Below are positions 49,566 to 62,048 of a DNA stretch of 64,000 nt, one piece after another. The position numbers and the translations under genes are program-made. Under the pieces are notes generated by a model. It did no database searches. It was not told the origin of the DNA and saw nothing but the letters and a program-made list of their open reading frames with translations. Every line of letters starts with the position of its first letter. Position 1 is the stretch's first letter. Source of the DNA: Octopus bimaculoides (Eukaryota); the NCBI RefSeq assembly GCF_001194135.2, contig NC_068990.1, forward strand, positions 82,140,993 through 82,204,992, in the 5' to 3' direction.

Positions 49566-50277
49566 CTGTAAGTACAACTATAAATACATACGTATATATA
49601 TATATATATATNNNNNNNNNNNNNNNNNNNNNNNNNNNNNNNNNNNNNNNNNNNNNNNNNNNNNNNNNNNNNNNNNNNNNNNNNNNNNNNNNNNNNNNNN
49701 NNNNNNNNNNNNNNNNNNNNNNNNNNNNNNNNNNNNNNNNNNNNNNNNNNNNNNNNNNNNNNNNNNNNNNNNNNNNNNNNNNNNNNNNNNNNNNNNNNNN
49801 NNNNNNNNNNNNNNNNNNNNNNNNNNNNNNNNNNNNNNNNNNNNNNNNNNNNNNNNNNNNNNNNNNNNNNNNNNNNNNNNNNNNNNNNNNNNNNNNNNNN
49901 NNNNNNNNNNNNNNNNNNNNNNNNNNNNNNNNNNNNNNNNNNNNNNNNNNNNNNNNNNNNNNNNNNNNNNNNNNNNNNNNNNNNNNNNNNNNNNNNNNNN
50001 NNNNNNNNNNNNNNNNNNNNNNNNNNNNNNNNNNNNNNNNNNNNNNNNNNNNNNNNNNNNNNNNNNNNNNNNNNNNNNNNNNNNNNNNNNNNNNNNNNNN
50101 NNNNNNNNNNNNNNNNNNNNNNNNNNNNNNNNNNNNNNNNNNNNNNNNNNNNNNNNNNNNNNNNNNNNNNNNNNNNNNNNNNNNNNNNNNNNNNNNNNNN
50201 NNNNNNNNNNNNNNNNNNNNNATATATATATGTATGTATGTATATATATGTATATATATGCATATATATATATATAT

Positions 50278-50316
<39 letters not shown>

Positions 50317-51350
50317 GGAAGGGAGAAAGCAGTAGATAGATAGATAGACAGACAGACAGATAGATAGATAGTTGATAAGCAGAAATGTAGGTATATAGAA
50401 AACGTTAAGGTGAATAAGTGGTATAAACATAAACATACACGAAGAAAAGATTATACAGAAATAGAAAATAAAATAATATAAGATAAAATAAAAAAAATTC
50501 CGTGTGTTCAAACTTTGTCGTTGATAAAATGTTGGAATCTGGTGTACATGAATAATGGATACTGTTTTACAGATGTTATATCTACCGGAAGCAAAACCAA
50601 TGATTGCTGGCAGATTGCTTTTCAATTATTTTTTTTTATTCGATGCTAGAATCAGATGCAGTTTGATAGATACTTGCCGTAGTGCACATCAACCTCTATT
50701 GTTAAAAACATTGTTGACAACGGTCGGTTTTGTAAACGTATGATGTTAACAATCACCGAGAATATAGTTTAGAAATTGTCTACTTTCACCTTCGGATTCT
50801 TTACTGCTTTCTACTTTACTTTGTTCTTCAATTTTTATCGTTTGATAAACATTCCAACCGTGACCATCCCATCGTCCTGTCTGGCAAATCATATTTATGA
50901 TTAATTAATCTACTATTATCAATTATTTCTAAGATGGCTGGATAAATTATGAATTTAAGCTTCAAAGAGACTCTAAGACCCAACTTGATTAAGAGTATAG
51001 TGTTTTTAGTTCCTTTATTCTTTTCCTTTATACTTTACATCTGCCACTAGTCTTCTTGGCAAAAGTATAAACATCTCACCGTATTTTCTACCTCTAACTC
51101 GACTGTATTGACCATCACTTTATATGTATAACTCTGATTGTGAAATTTGAGTAAATTCTCATTCATAGCACAAATATACTGTATGTGAGAAAATAAATGC
51201 TTATTGATTAGATTAGTTCTATACCAAAATTTATTTGTAGCAGTTATCCTTAACTGCTTTTGATATTACTGCACCGATGGCAACGTCGCAGTCATGAACA
51301 TCCAGTCTTTTTGTTCTCTTTTTTTTTTCTAGAGAATATATAGGATTACA

Positions 51351-51731
51351 GTGGAGGCACAATGGCCCAGTGGTTAGGGCAGCGGACTCGTGTTCATAGG
51401 ATCGCGGTTTCGATTCCCAGGCCGGGCGTTGTGAGTGTTTATTGAACGAAAACATCTAAAGCTCCACGAGGCTCCGGCAGGGGATGGTGGCGAACCCTGC
51501 TGTACTCTTCCACCACAACTTTCTCTCACTCTTTCTTCCTGTTTCTGTTGTACCTGTATTTCTAAAGGTCAGCCTTGTCACACTGTGTCACGCTGAATCT
51601 CCCCGAGAACTACGTTAAGAGTACACGTGTCTGTGGAGTGCTCAACCACTTGCACGTTAATTTCACGAGCATACTGTTCCGTTGATCGGATCAACTGGAA
51701 CCCTCGACGTCGTAACCGACGGAGTACCAAC
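51351..51731 (+). mobile_element. SINE family A, full length, tail overtaken by (TATG)n
   Basis: Colinear with 5115-5496; ends ggagtaccaac then (tatg)n; no TSD visible. Confidence 0.92.
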
Positions 51732-51761
51732 TATGTATGTATGTATGTATGTATGTATGTA

Positions 51762-51808
<47 letters not shown>

Positions 51809-52102
51809 ACGTATGTATGTCTGTATGTCTCTTCTATTTTTTAAAATTATTATAAATCTTCCACTGAGAAAAGAGCCAGTTTCTAACAAAGATACAAGGC
51901 TCCATCTTTGGGATGAAGTTAACACAGATAAATTCACATTTGGAACTTCAGAAAAGTTTTGCAGATCTTTACTGCTCCTTTGCACCTCTGTCACAAAAAA
52001 CAATATCCGGCCTGTTATGTTTTCATTCGACAAAAGGTTTGATGGTAATATTCCACAAATATTCCTTGCGTTGGTGTTTATGAATGTATGTATGTATGTA
52101 TG

Positions 52103-52136
<34 letters not shown>

Positions 52137-52180
52137 TGCATGCATGCATGTGTGTATATATGCGTGTGGGTGTAGTTTCT

Positions 52181-52415
52181 AGGTATACAATGTTTGGCTA
52201 TATGAAGGGACTTGTTCTATAGCGACGCAGCTATGTGGTCTACAGAGATATAATGACTGGCTTTATATAGAGATGTGTCCTATAGAGACAGAGACATGTG
52301 ATCTGTAGGTATGCAACGTTTAGCTATATATAGAAATGTGTTCCATAGCGCGTTAGATATATATATAGTCTCACTTTAGAAATACACTGTTTAGCTACAT
52401 ACAGAGATGAGGTTA
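52181..52415. repeat. Old degenerate minisatellite, period about 60-70 bp, about 3.5 units
   Basis: Recurring g(g)tat(a/g)ca..gtttagctatata..gagatgtgt(t)c.atag.g near 52182, 52247, 52308 and 52379. Confidence 0.55.
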
Positions 52416-52518
52416 ACATGAGAAATCATTTCAGACTGTGGAGACTATTGAGATTCTGGATGTGTGAGAATTTAAGGAAACTGTGTTCAGATCAGGTGTG
52501 GATATGTTTTTCTATTTC

Positions 52519-52556
<38 letters not shown>

Positions 52557-52785
52557 AGTGCTATTGTTGTTGTGGTGGTAGTATTGCTTAGAGATAAGAG
52601 GAAGTATTTATTGATTCTAATCTAAATTAATATTTAGCAGGAATAAATAGCTGACTACTACGTGGTTTCAATCACTGATTACAGTAATTTCATTTTGATT
52701 ACCTTGCGAAAACTCCTGCAAAATTATATAAACTCTTTATCTCCTTTTATTCCTCAAGAATATAAAATTTGAATTTGTTTATTTC

Positions 52786-52945
52786 CATGGCGTGGTTGTG
52801 TGTTAAGAAGCTTGCTTTCCAACCACATGATTCCGGGTTCAGTCCCACAGCGTTTCATCTTGGTCAAGTGTCTTCTACTATAGCCTCGGGCCGACCAAAG
52901 CCTTGTGAGTGGATTTGGTAGACGGAAACTGAAAGAAGCCCGTCG

Positions 52946-53008
<63 letters not shown>

Positions 53009-53065
53009 CTATATTTATGTGTGCTTCTGTGTTTGTGTTTGTCCCCAACACAACCACCACCGCTA
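52786..53065 (+). mobile_element. SINE family B, 3'-truncated at (AAC)/(ATC) tracts
   Basis: ggcgtggttgtgtgttaagaagcttgc..gggttcagtccc..ggatttggtagacggaaactgaaagaagcccgtcg(TA)n(TG)n..tttgtcccc. Confidence 0.9.
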
Positions 53066-53136
53066 CCACCGTAACAAAGACAACAACAACAACAACATCG
53101 TAATTATCCCCAACAACATCATCATAAACAGCATCG

Positions 53137-53172
<36 letters not shown>

Positions 53173-53865
53173 ACGACAACAGCAGCAGCTGCAGCAGTAG
53201 ATATCTCTGAATTCGACTTTTCCAGTTGTTTCTTGTCTGTACAGTGAATATGGTGAATAGATCCAAGTACCATTTGCAACTGAAGATTCATTTCAGAGCT
53301 TTGCGTAGGACCACACACATACACACACACCTTAGCAACTGTGTTTTCAATCTTCACTGATTGAATAACAAAGAAAAAAAACATCGTTACTCTATCTTCG
53401 AGCTATAATTTCAACACCGTTGTTTCCTTCTCGTTAGTAAATCCCAAAGAAACTAACATATATTTTCGGCAAGCTACCAATATCGTTCTGTCAAGGTTCG
53501 TCTTTGTACTCCAACAAGCGTCACATTTCTATTCTCCTATTGCTACTACAACGGTGGCCACCCTCTTGCTCCCACGCAGCTGTTTTCTTTAACATAAACG
53601 TAAAACCCAATCGGGAGCTGTATGAGGTGTGTGGGTGGTGGTGGAATGAAGAGCTGCCGAAATATACCTTATGCGAATGTAAAACCATCGCTGTTACTTT
53701 TACTTTACGGTAGGGCTATATACCCTCCCTCGCTGTAATGTATATACTGTCAACTACCAGGCGAGTTTATCTAGAGGAAACTCAAACAGACAGACTTAGC
53801 ATTACATGTTATTATTTCACTTCTTTTGTAATAAGGAATAGATGAGCAGATTAAGAAAGCAGGAC

Positions 53866-53956
<91 letters not shown>

Positions 53957-54213
53957 GGAGAGAAAGAGAGAGACAGGAGAAAAGAGAAAGTGAAAGAGAT
54001 AGACAGATATTCAGAGTGATAAAGAATTCGATATATATATTTCTTGTTTGTGGTCATTCCACACACACACACACACACACATATATATACACACATATAT
54101 ACATACACAAAAGCACGCACGCATCTACTCCCCACGCATACACACACATACTCATATGTAAATGCAAAACACACACACGCGCTACATATACTTGTGGGGA
54201 GAGAGAGAAATAC

Positions 54214-54248
<35 letters not shown>

Positions 54249-55069
54249 AGGAGAAAGGGAGAGAGAGAGAGAGAGAAAGAAAGAGAGATAGAGCGAGAGA
54301 GCGAGAAAAAGATAGAAAGAGAGAGAAGAGTGAAAGAGACAGAGATGAGAAATAAATGGAGAGATTAGGAGGCAAAGTGAAGGAGAAAAAAGATTTATCT
54401 CTAACCGAAAATAAACAAACAGACTACTAAATCTGTATCTGATTTCTGATAAGCTCTTAGAAACTGTTGTAGCAGTCTATTTTACAATGTTCAGTTTTTC
54501 CTTTACACGTCGGCACCAGGCAGTGCAGCCATGTTGGATGATGTTGTATAAAAACTTAACTGGAAACTAAACTCTGTCTTATATACACAAGGGATATTGA
54601 TGTGTATGAGTTGTTTATAACAAGGGAAAACAGCCTGGATTTTAAACTTTCTTGTGTTATGTATCTGTCAGTGAGATAGAACGAAAGTATCGTTAATTGT
54701 GCCCAAAATTTAGTTTATATTTCTCGAGTTTCAGACTGATCGCTAAATTTACAGATCGCTACACTTGCCCAGATGTCAAACATTTGTAATTGCGCTCAAG
54801 ATTCCCAAACCTAAAATCAACATGAATTGGGAAAAAAAAAAAAGAAGGGTAATTATGTTTTGGTTTTTCACTATTAGTTGGCTTTGTTATTATTGCTGCT
54901 GCTGCTGCTGACGTTGTTGTTGTTACTGCTGCTGCTGCTGTGTTTGTTGCTGCTTCTTTCTAGGTTAACACGAACCGAGCAAACATAAAATCAAAGACAT
55001 TTAATCCGTCTTGTGACGGGTGTCAAAGGACTACATTATATTTATTCATAGTATAAAGTCTTCTGTTAC

Positions 55070-55268
55070 AGAGCAAAGAGCTCAAATTTTGGAGAAAGGT
55101 AACAGTAGATTAGATTAACCACAGTTAAATGACAGGAACTTAATTTATCAACACCTGATAAAGGCAAAGCTGACCTCAGTGGAATTTGAACTCGGAATCG
55201 GAATGTAAAGAGACAATAAATACTTTGAAGGCATTTTGTCCGATGCGCTAATGATTCTGTCATTAGCC
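55070..55268 (-). mobile_element. SINE family C, diverged; a second degenerate plus-strand copy lies at about 55545-55670
   Basis: aggaacttaatttatcaac..aaggcaaagctgacctcagtggaatttgaactc..gcattttgtccgatgcgctaatgattctg. Confidence 0.75.
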
Positions 55269-55897
55269 GCTTTTTGATTTACATCATATTAATTAGAGGT
55301 AGTGGCCACAGTTGTCATAATTTTGGTCGCTTTCCTCCAGATTAGCTTTTTATTTGGCAGACAGTATCTCAGACTCTCCAACCATGGCATCTCATCTCTT
55401 TGTGCTTCTAGAAATACATGAACTAGTCTAACCACTTAAAATGAACCAGTAAGATTTAATTTGCAGGAAATTTGGCTTCCATTTCTGGTAGATCGCGTGG
55501 TTACCTAAATGTTTATAAGTGGGTTGGTAAATTAAAAGATTTATTAAATGTTGGATAGAATGACTAACAATATTGGTTTCGACTTGCCGTGCCCTGAGTT
55601 CAAATCCTACCGTGGTCAATTTTGTTTTCCAGTTTTTCGAGGTGGATAAAAGATACAACTTGAGGATCGAAATCGTTAAAATGTCTAACAGGAATTTTTG
55701 TGCGAACTGTTCCGGATGTTGTATTCAGATTTAAAGTCCCAACTCAACACCGAAAAACGACAGTTCTGTTAGCATTTGCGACCGACAGATAATAACAGCA
55801 ACTTTAAAAACAAAAACAATTGAAACATGATTTCTTTGGTTTGATGAGATCAATTACAATCACCTCCATTAACCCATAAATAATAAATTAACCCATA

Positions 55898-56050
55898 AAT
55901 AATAAACAAATGCGCCCTTTTAAAGCTTAGCTAGGTTCATGGGCCCGGTTTCCCGGTTTCAATGGCGTATGTGTTCCCCAGCTGGACGGGACGCCGGTCC
56001 ATCGCAGCGTTACTCATTTTTTGCCAGCTGAGTGGACTGGAGCAACGTGA
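55898..56050 (-). mobile_element. 5'-truncated SINE carrying module F, with 13-bp TSD
   Basis: Minus strand: cacgttgctccagtccactcagctggcaaaaaatgagtaacgctgcgatggaccggcgtcccgtccagc..; TSD aaattaacccata at 55885-55897 and 56051-56063. Confidence 0.85.
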
Positions 56051-56895
56051 AAATTAACCCATACGTATGCATATATAATTGCATACTTGCGTGTATGTCA
56101 TGTTTTTTGCATGTGTTAATATGTTGCAAATGTGTGTACGTGCTTTGAAGCAAATTCAACCGACATATTAGAATTAAATCCACTGCGAAAGTGTTTTTTT
56201 TATGTGAATACTAACCCCCTACCTAATACCACGTAAAAGCTAGGTTCCTCATAAAATAAATCAATATCAATTGTGTATAAAACGATTACGAAAGACAAAT
56301 ATCTGAAATCATAAAATCCTTTTTTTTGAAAATATGTCTTCACCTGAACCCGTTTATGAATTATCAATGCTAACTCCAGGCATTCTGGCTTCTCAAACGT
56401 ATTATAATGTTATCCATGAGAATCATAACACAAATAAACTTAGATTATCTTATCAGTATCTCCAAGATTTCCTGGAAGACTAATCCACTTATAAGCCAAA
56501 CGGATGTTTTATTTGTATTATTTTTAACACACACACACATACCGCACATATGTAAGCTCTTCTTATATCTCTCTCCCTTTCTTTATTTCCTTCCCCCCTC
56601 TCTCTCTCTCCCTCTTCGTCTCTCGGTTTGTCTCTCCCACAAACACACGCACGTATACATACACATATGGGTGGATGGAGTTCCGTTCTTTTCGACGATG
56701 AGTACTAATCTCTGTCAAATGAATTACTCGCTCATTGCGTTAACGTGCAAATGGCTGCACATTCCCCCCCCCCCNNNNNNNNNNNNNNNNNNNNNNNNNN
56801 NNNNNNNNNNNNNNNNNNNNNNNNNNNNNCCCCTTCCCACACACACATTCACACACGCGCGCACACACATTCCACACACACACACACTGTCTTTA

Positions 56896-57118
56896 AGGCG
56901 GTGAGCTGGCTGAGTCGGTAGCGTGACGAGCAAAATGCTTAGTGGTATTTCGACCGTGTTTATGCTCTGAGTTCACATTCTTCCGAGGTAGACTTTATCT
57001 TTCATCCTTTCGGGGTCGATGAAATAAGTAGCAGTTGAGCACTGAGATCGACGAAATCGACTTACTCCCCCCCCCCTCGAAACAGCTGCCCTTCAGCCAA
57101 TATTTGATCCCAATAATA
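56896..57118 (+). mobile_element. SINE family C, full length
   Basis: aggcggtgagctggctgagtcggtagc..ctgagttcacattcttccgaggtagactttatctttcatcctttcggggtcgatgaaataagtagcagttg. Confidence 0.88.
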
Positions 57119-57149
57119 ATCTTGTAAATAGATTTGGGTAAAACGAAAA

Positions 57150-57357
57150 CGGTTTGTAAGTCCATCGAATGGATTCTACTCGTAATTCAAAGCTCAAAGA
57201 TTCAGCCTTGTTACACAAACAACTTCACACTTTTCTGCTTGGAAGATATATTGTTTATATGTCAGTGGAATACTCAGCCAGTTACATGTTTATTCGATGA
57301 GTAGATAATCCACTTGGCTGAACAGCTGAATACTCATTGTCGAAACTGATGGAGATC
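57150..57357 (+). mobile_element. Old SINE sharing the family A 3' half
   Basis: tcaaagattcagccttgttacac..gtcagtggaatactcagccagttacatgttta..gtcgaaactgatggagatcc aligns to the A tail. Confidence 0.5.
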
Positions 57358-57364
57358 CGCTTAC

Positions 57365-57405
57365 CAGACAGCAGAAACAACTCATCGCTGCCAGAAGAAG
57401 CGATC
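57365..57405 (-). other. Candidate 41-bp exon
   Basis: Acceptor tttcgtcgtgtttacag, donor CTG|gtaagc; reads IASSGSDELFLLS or SLLLAAMSCFCCL. Confidence 0.28.
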
Positions 57406-57819
57406 CTGTAAACACGACGAAACGTGTTGAAGTTGTTGCTGTTTACAATCAGATCATTCATAATCGAGATGACCTATATTTAAAGTCGTGACTCTATCCC
57501 GTATTTTTTTGTTATGGGAAACGAACCCATGACCACATTATTTAATATGTCTTTTACTGAGACGGTATTTTCTCAGGTGTTAGCCCAAAATAAGTACAGG
57601 TAAATATCGAGTGAGGTATCAATGCATAATATCTGAAGGATGATCAAGACTTGTGTTGACTGAAGACTCATTCTATGAATAGAACCCCCCCCAAAAAAAC
57701 CCCAAAACCAAAAACAAAACAATAAAGAATGATTTCCAAATGTTAGTTTTTCAGTGTTTCAATCATGAAATTTGGTTGGACACACCAAATCAATGAGAGA
57801 ATCTCTTCAGGACCATTTG

Positions 57820-57995
57820 AAATGCTAGAAACAGCAGTCAAATCACCCTTGAATCACATACTGCCATTTTAACGATGACACATTGAGGTACACCATATTT
57901 GAACAAAAAAGAAACAGGATAGTCATGGCTGAATTGCCTTGGGTTATAAGTATGCTCAATCAGATACAACATGAAGCTAAACCCCACCACCACCA
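57820..57995 (+). mobile_element. Family D copy
   Basis: gctagaaacagcagtcaaatcacccttgaatcaca..aggatagtcatggctgaattgcc..gctcaatcag. Confidence 0.65.
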
Positions 57996-58974
57996 CCACC
58001 ACTACTAACAACAACATATCGCGCCATATTGTATAAACTAATAAGTTCTCAGTGATAGGAATCCAAGTCACTGTTATAGCCTATCAAACAAATATTGGGG
58101 AGATCATGACATGAAACTGTTCATCGTTTTCTTTATTGCTGCTGTTAATTGTTAAATCCATGACATTGGATAGATTTATGTGCAATAGAGAGAAGATTCT
58201 GAAGTTTCAGCATTAAGTCTTCGCCAATATAAAAAACAAAAAAGAGAAAGAAAAGGTAAATATTACAAACAGTCTTTCTCTTTCAGACAAAGGATCCGTC
58301 CCTTAATATCAATGCTCTCTTCCTCCCATGATATACAAACTGATCAAAATTCACAAACTTCAATATAGAATGTTTGAAGACGAAAGCAGGCCGACACATG
58401 ATTCAGCGGAATATCACTTTTTACTGGGAAGTGATTGTATTAATTACTTGTCGATAAAAAACTCTTAATTAGTGACGTTTGACTCGTGTGATTTAAATAA
58501 CAAAATATTGAATATTAGATATTAGATATTTCTTAAATGAGACTAAACTAGAAAACAGGTGGAATATTAAAGCAGGAGCAGTTATTAATATAATATTAAA
58601 AGGTTATTTAACTGAATGTAGACTCTGTTACCTTGGAATACAGCTGAGGGACGTTAAAGAAATGAGGTGCCCATAACAGATCTGTGTGTGTGTGTGATTT
58701 TATGCCTATGTGAGAGGCTCTTTCAGGGTTAATAACGCAATATTCGGTTCTCTAACAAGGCATCCATGTTAAGTTGAATATAACGATTACCTTTTGGTAT
58801 TAATAGTTCTTCCATCGGTAATAATTAATATTCAGTTTAGTACTACTGAGGAGAAAGGAGAAGTGGTGGCAGCATGGGATTTGGTGGCGAGGGAAAAAGG
58901 CAATTCTAAGGTAGAAAAATTCAAAGAATTGTAGTTGCAGTAGAATGGATATAAGACACATATCACCAAGTTAC

Positions 58975-59178
58975 TGTTACCGGTTTGTTTTACAGATGTT
59001 ACAAATCTGAGCAATATGATCAAATGCCTTTCAGTTATAACCCCCTCGATATTCTCTCGGGTATTGCATATCTAGGAATTCACTACAATATCCAGTGTGT
59101 CTCTCCTCTTTTCAAAGCGATTGTATGCCATTCAGTAGATATTTGGCTGTTATTTCTAGCAGGTTGAATGACTTTATG
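58975..59178 (-). mobile_element. Family D copy
   Basis: gatcaaatgcctttcag..tatctagga..atatttggctgttatttctagcaggttgaatgact; accounts for ORF 58985-59167. Confidence 0.6.
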
Positions 59179-60752
59179 GAGGCTCCCTTGTGAATTTAAT
59201 GCTGAATTAATAATGATGAATTTAGCGCATTCATCAAATATATGCAGTATTAAATTGACAAGGAAACCTCTACGGAGTCATTCAGTCTACTAGAAGTAGC
59301 AGCCAAATGTATTTGCTTGTAGTACATGAATTATTTCAATTAATTAATAAAAAAATTATATTTGCTTTTCTTACGCAACACCTTACCTCGCACTTGGTAA
59401 CACCGAGTGTGTGGCGTCTCTCGGGATAGTTGCAGTCTCTTATACATCAAATCCACTCTTTTGCTGATTCTCTGTTAGATATTTTAATATCTCGGATATT
59501 CTATATGATGGGAGCTAATGCAGGTTACAGCTTCTTCTGAATAGGAATAAGATTCTCATTGAAGTTAAGTAATTCCCAAAGAGCCTTCAGAAATAAGATC
59601 TTCATTGAAGCAAATCTTTCCTCAGAGATTGAGAACTTCCTGCAAATTAGATTTTTCCCGAGAGAATCTTTTCGTTAGAAACATTTATCCGATACTGATA
59701 TTATTGAAATTATGCTTCATCGCCAGCTTTAAGTATATAAATAAAATTTTGCTAAAATTCTATATAAAATATATAAACCATATTATATTATCTCCCGCTT
59801 TTAATCTCATATATTCTCTAATATTTTAGAATTTATAAACAATTTTATGTAATATGTTTCTGAGCAATTTTTATTTGCAATTTTTATATTTCCTACTTAC
59901 AAGATTCAGTGAGTGTGAAGAAACAAAGAGATCCATTCTTAAAGTTGCAATGGATCGGAGGCTGTGTGTGTGTGTGAAGGAGGGGGTGGGGAGAAAGAGA
60001 GAGAAAGAGAGGGAGAAGGAGACAAGCTAGGAAAGTAAGGGATATCACAGTGTATATTGTGAAATCTAAAGCTGAATAACATCACATCAATTAGGGATAG
60101 AAAACTGAAAGAAGAATGAAACAAAAGTAATGAAGACACATGCACATACATAGGTTATACACACACGCAAAACATATATAAATACACACACACACGTACA
60201 CACACACACGCTCATATACACTTATACAATCACATATGTATGCGTCCATATACATACTATAACGTGGTTTTTGTTAAGAGAGTAACTCGGTGTTTTATTT
60301 ACTGCATCGATGACGTATTCTTGATAAAACAAACAAACAGAATATGTCATTGCTGTTACTACGGTCGTATCTACTGCTACCACTGTTATGGCTACAGTTA
60401 TTGTATGTGAATCAATTATGAAGTTGGCATGCATCACAAGGTACATCTTTGTATTTTTGCCATTGCTGTAATATTTCTTAGAGGCAATAAACACACTAGT
60501 TTAGATGAAATAAACAAATGTCTGCTTATTTATGTTTCTCCGAACAGAAAAGAAGAAAAAAAAGAGAAACTCGACCAGTTTCAGTCCTTGCTGGAAACTT
60601 CTTTTTAAGGCTCATACTCTGCTTCCCTGGTCATAGAAAGATCCAGAGCTAAGTTGTAACTTTCCACATAAGCTGTGTATTCTACTTTCTCTGCTTACGG
60701 AAATATTTAGAGCAAAGATCTGTTAGTCTTACGTCTTATTAATGGCATAGAA

Positions 60753-61217
60753 TGCTCACCACGCTAAGACAACGTCGGCTGCGCTGGCTTGGCCACGTTC
60801 GCCGTATGGAGGATGGTCGGATCCCAAAGATGTCCTTTACGGAGAGGCAGAGAAACATTGGCCGCCCGAAGCTGAGGTACAGGGACGTGTGCATGAGGGA
60901 TGTGAAGGCACTTGGTATCAACACCAATTCCTGGGAGGATCTCGCAGCCGACCGAACCAGCTGGAGAGGCACTCTTCACAAACAACTGCAGACTGGCGAA
61001 GAGAATTTGAGGGTGGTGGCAGCTGAAAACCGAACCTGCAGAAAAGAAATGACAGCCAACAGGCCGGATTCAACGTATAGGTGTGACCTCTGCAAACGAG
61101 ACTGCCACTCTTGCATCGGTCTCTACAGCCACAGGAGGCGTTGCAAAAACTGACTCAACAGATGGATGACATCATCATCCATGGTCAGCCATGATCGACG
61201 GAAGCCTAAGAAGAAAG
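60753..61217 (+). mobile_element. RTE LINE, 5'-truncated insertion with intact 3' end and TSD
   Basis: LRQRRLRWLGHVRRMEDGRIPK(D)VLYGE..GRPKLRYRD..WEDLAADRTSWR..CDLCKRDCHSCIGLYSHRRRC; small frameshifting deletion after YGE; (AAG)n tail; TSD aatggcatagaa (60741-60752) and aatggcagagaa (61218-61229). Confidence 0.93.
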
Positions 61218-61832
61218 AATGGCAGAGAAATCAAGATACATTACTTTTTGTAATGTCCCAACTAATTGTCAAATTAAAGTTACATTTTCTGCCCACGGAA
61301 ACATTAACAAGTAGACGCTTGTTTACAATTGTCCTAGTGTGTTCATTAGACAAATAAACAAAACATTACAGCAACGGCTACAACATAAGCTATACCTTGT
61401 GATATATTTGATATTATTCAAATATGCAGTTTAGTTCATCAGCAATGAATCAAATGTCATGGGTCGGAATATGACAAGTGAAGTCGATGTGGTTCATATT
61501 GACTTCATCGGTGGCTGCATATGGAAAGATATTTAGCAACTTTGAAATTGCTCAGGGAACCAGCTTTATTTTCTGCTTTCCTTTCTTAAAAAATGCTTAT
61601 GCAACATACAAAAGCAACAATATATTTTATGACATTTCAGGTGTTTCTTGATTTTTTTTTTCTGTCACTGAGCACATGACAAGATATGGAAAAACAGGTG
61701 GATCAAAGAAGATGAATTTATCTCGGCAAGTTTTAGATACTAATTCCAGACGTTTCCCTATTGTTCTGGTCTCATCAATGTTACAATAATACTATGTATA
61801 ACCAAAACGAGACTGTAATTGTCACTGTATTT

Positions 61833-62048
61833 CCTAGGGAAAGACTCCCTTCGGTCATGAATGACCATGGGATTGCACCTAGAAAGTTATCCTCTAAGGC
61901 ACAAGTCTGGGCTAGGTTGTTTATGGAAGACCAGCAGTTGCCCATGCAAACCTTTCCCCCTGCGACACCGATGTTATCCAAAGGAAAGGCAAAAGCCGAT
62001 TTAGCTTGGCACCAGTGACACCGCAACTCCTTTCTACAGCTGAGTGAA
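61833..62048 (-). mobile_element. SINE family E, 5'-truncated 3' part
   Basis: cccttcggtcatgaatgaccatgggattgcacctagaaag..gccgatttagcttggcaccagtgac..tttctacagctgagtgaa; shares cagctgagtg(a/g)a with 56015-56040. Family identity is from memory of octopus repeats. Confidence 0.6.

Noticed and set aside
58830-58900. EEKGEVVAAWDLVAREKGNSK with an AAG|gtagaa donor
   Set aside because: Weak acceptor and donor in a purine-rich low-complexity patch; insufficient support.
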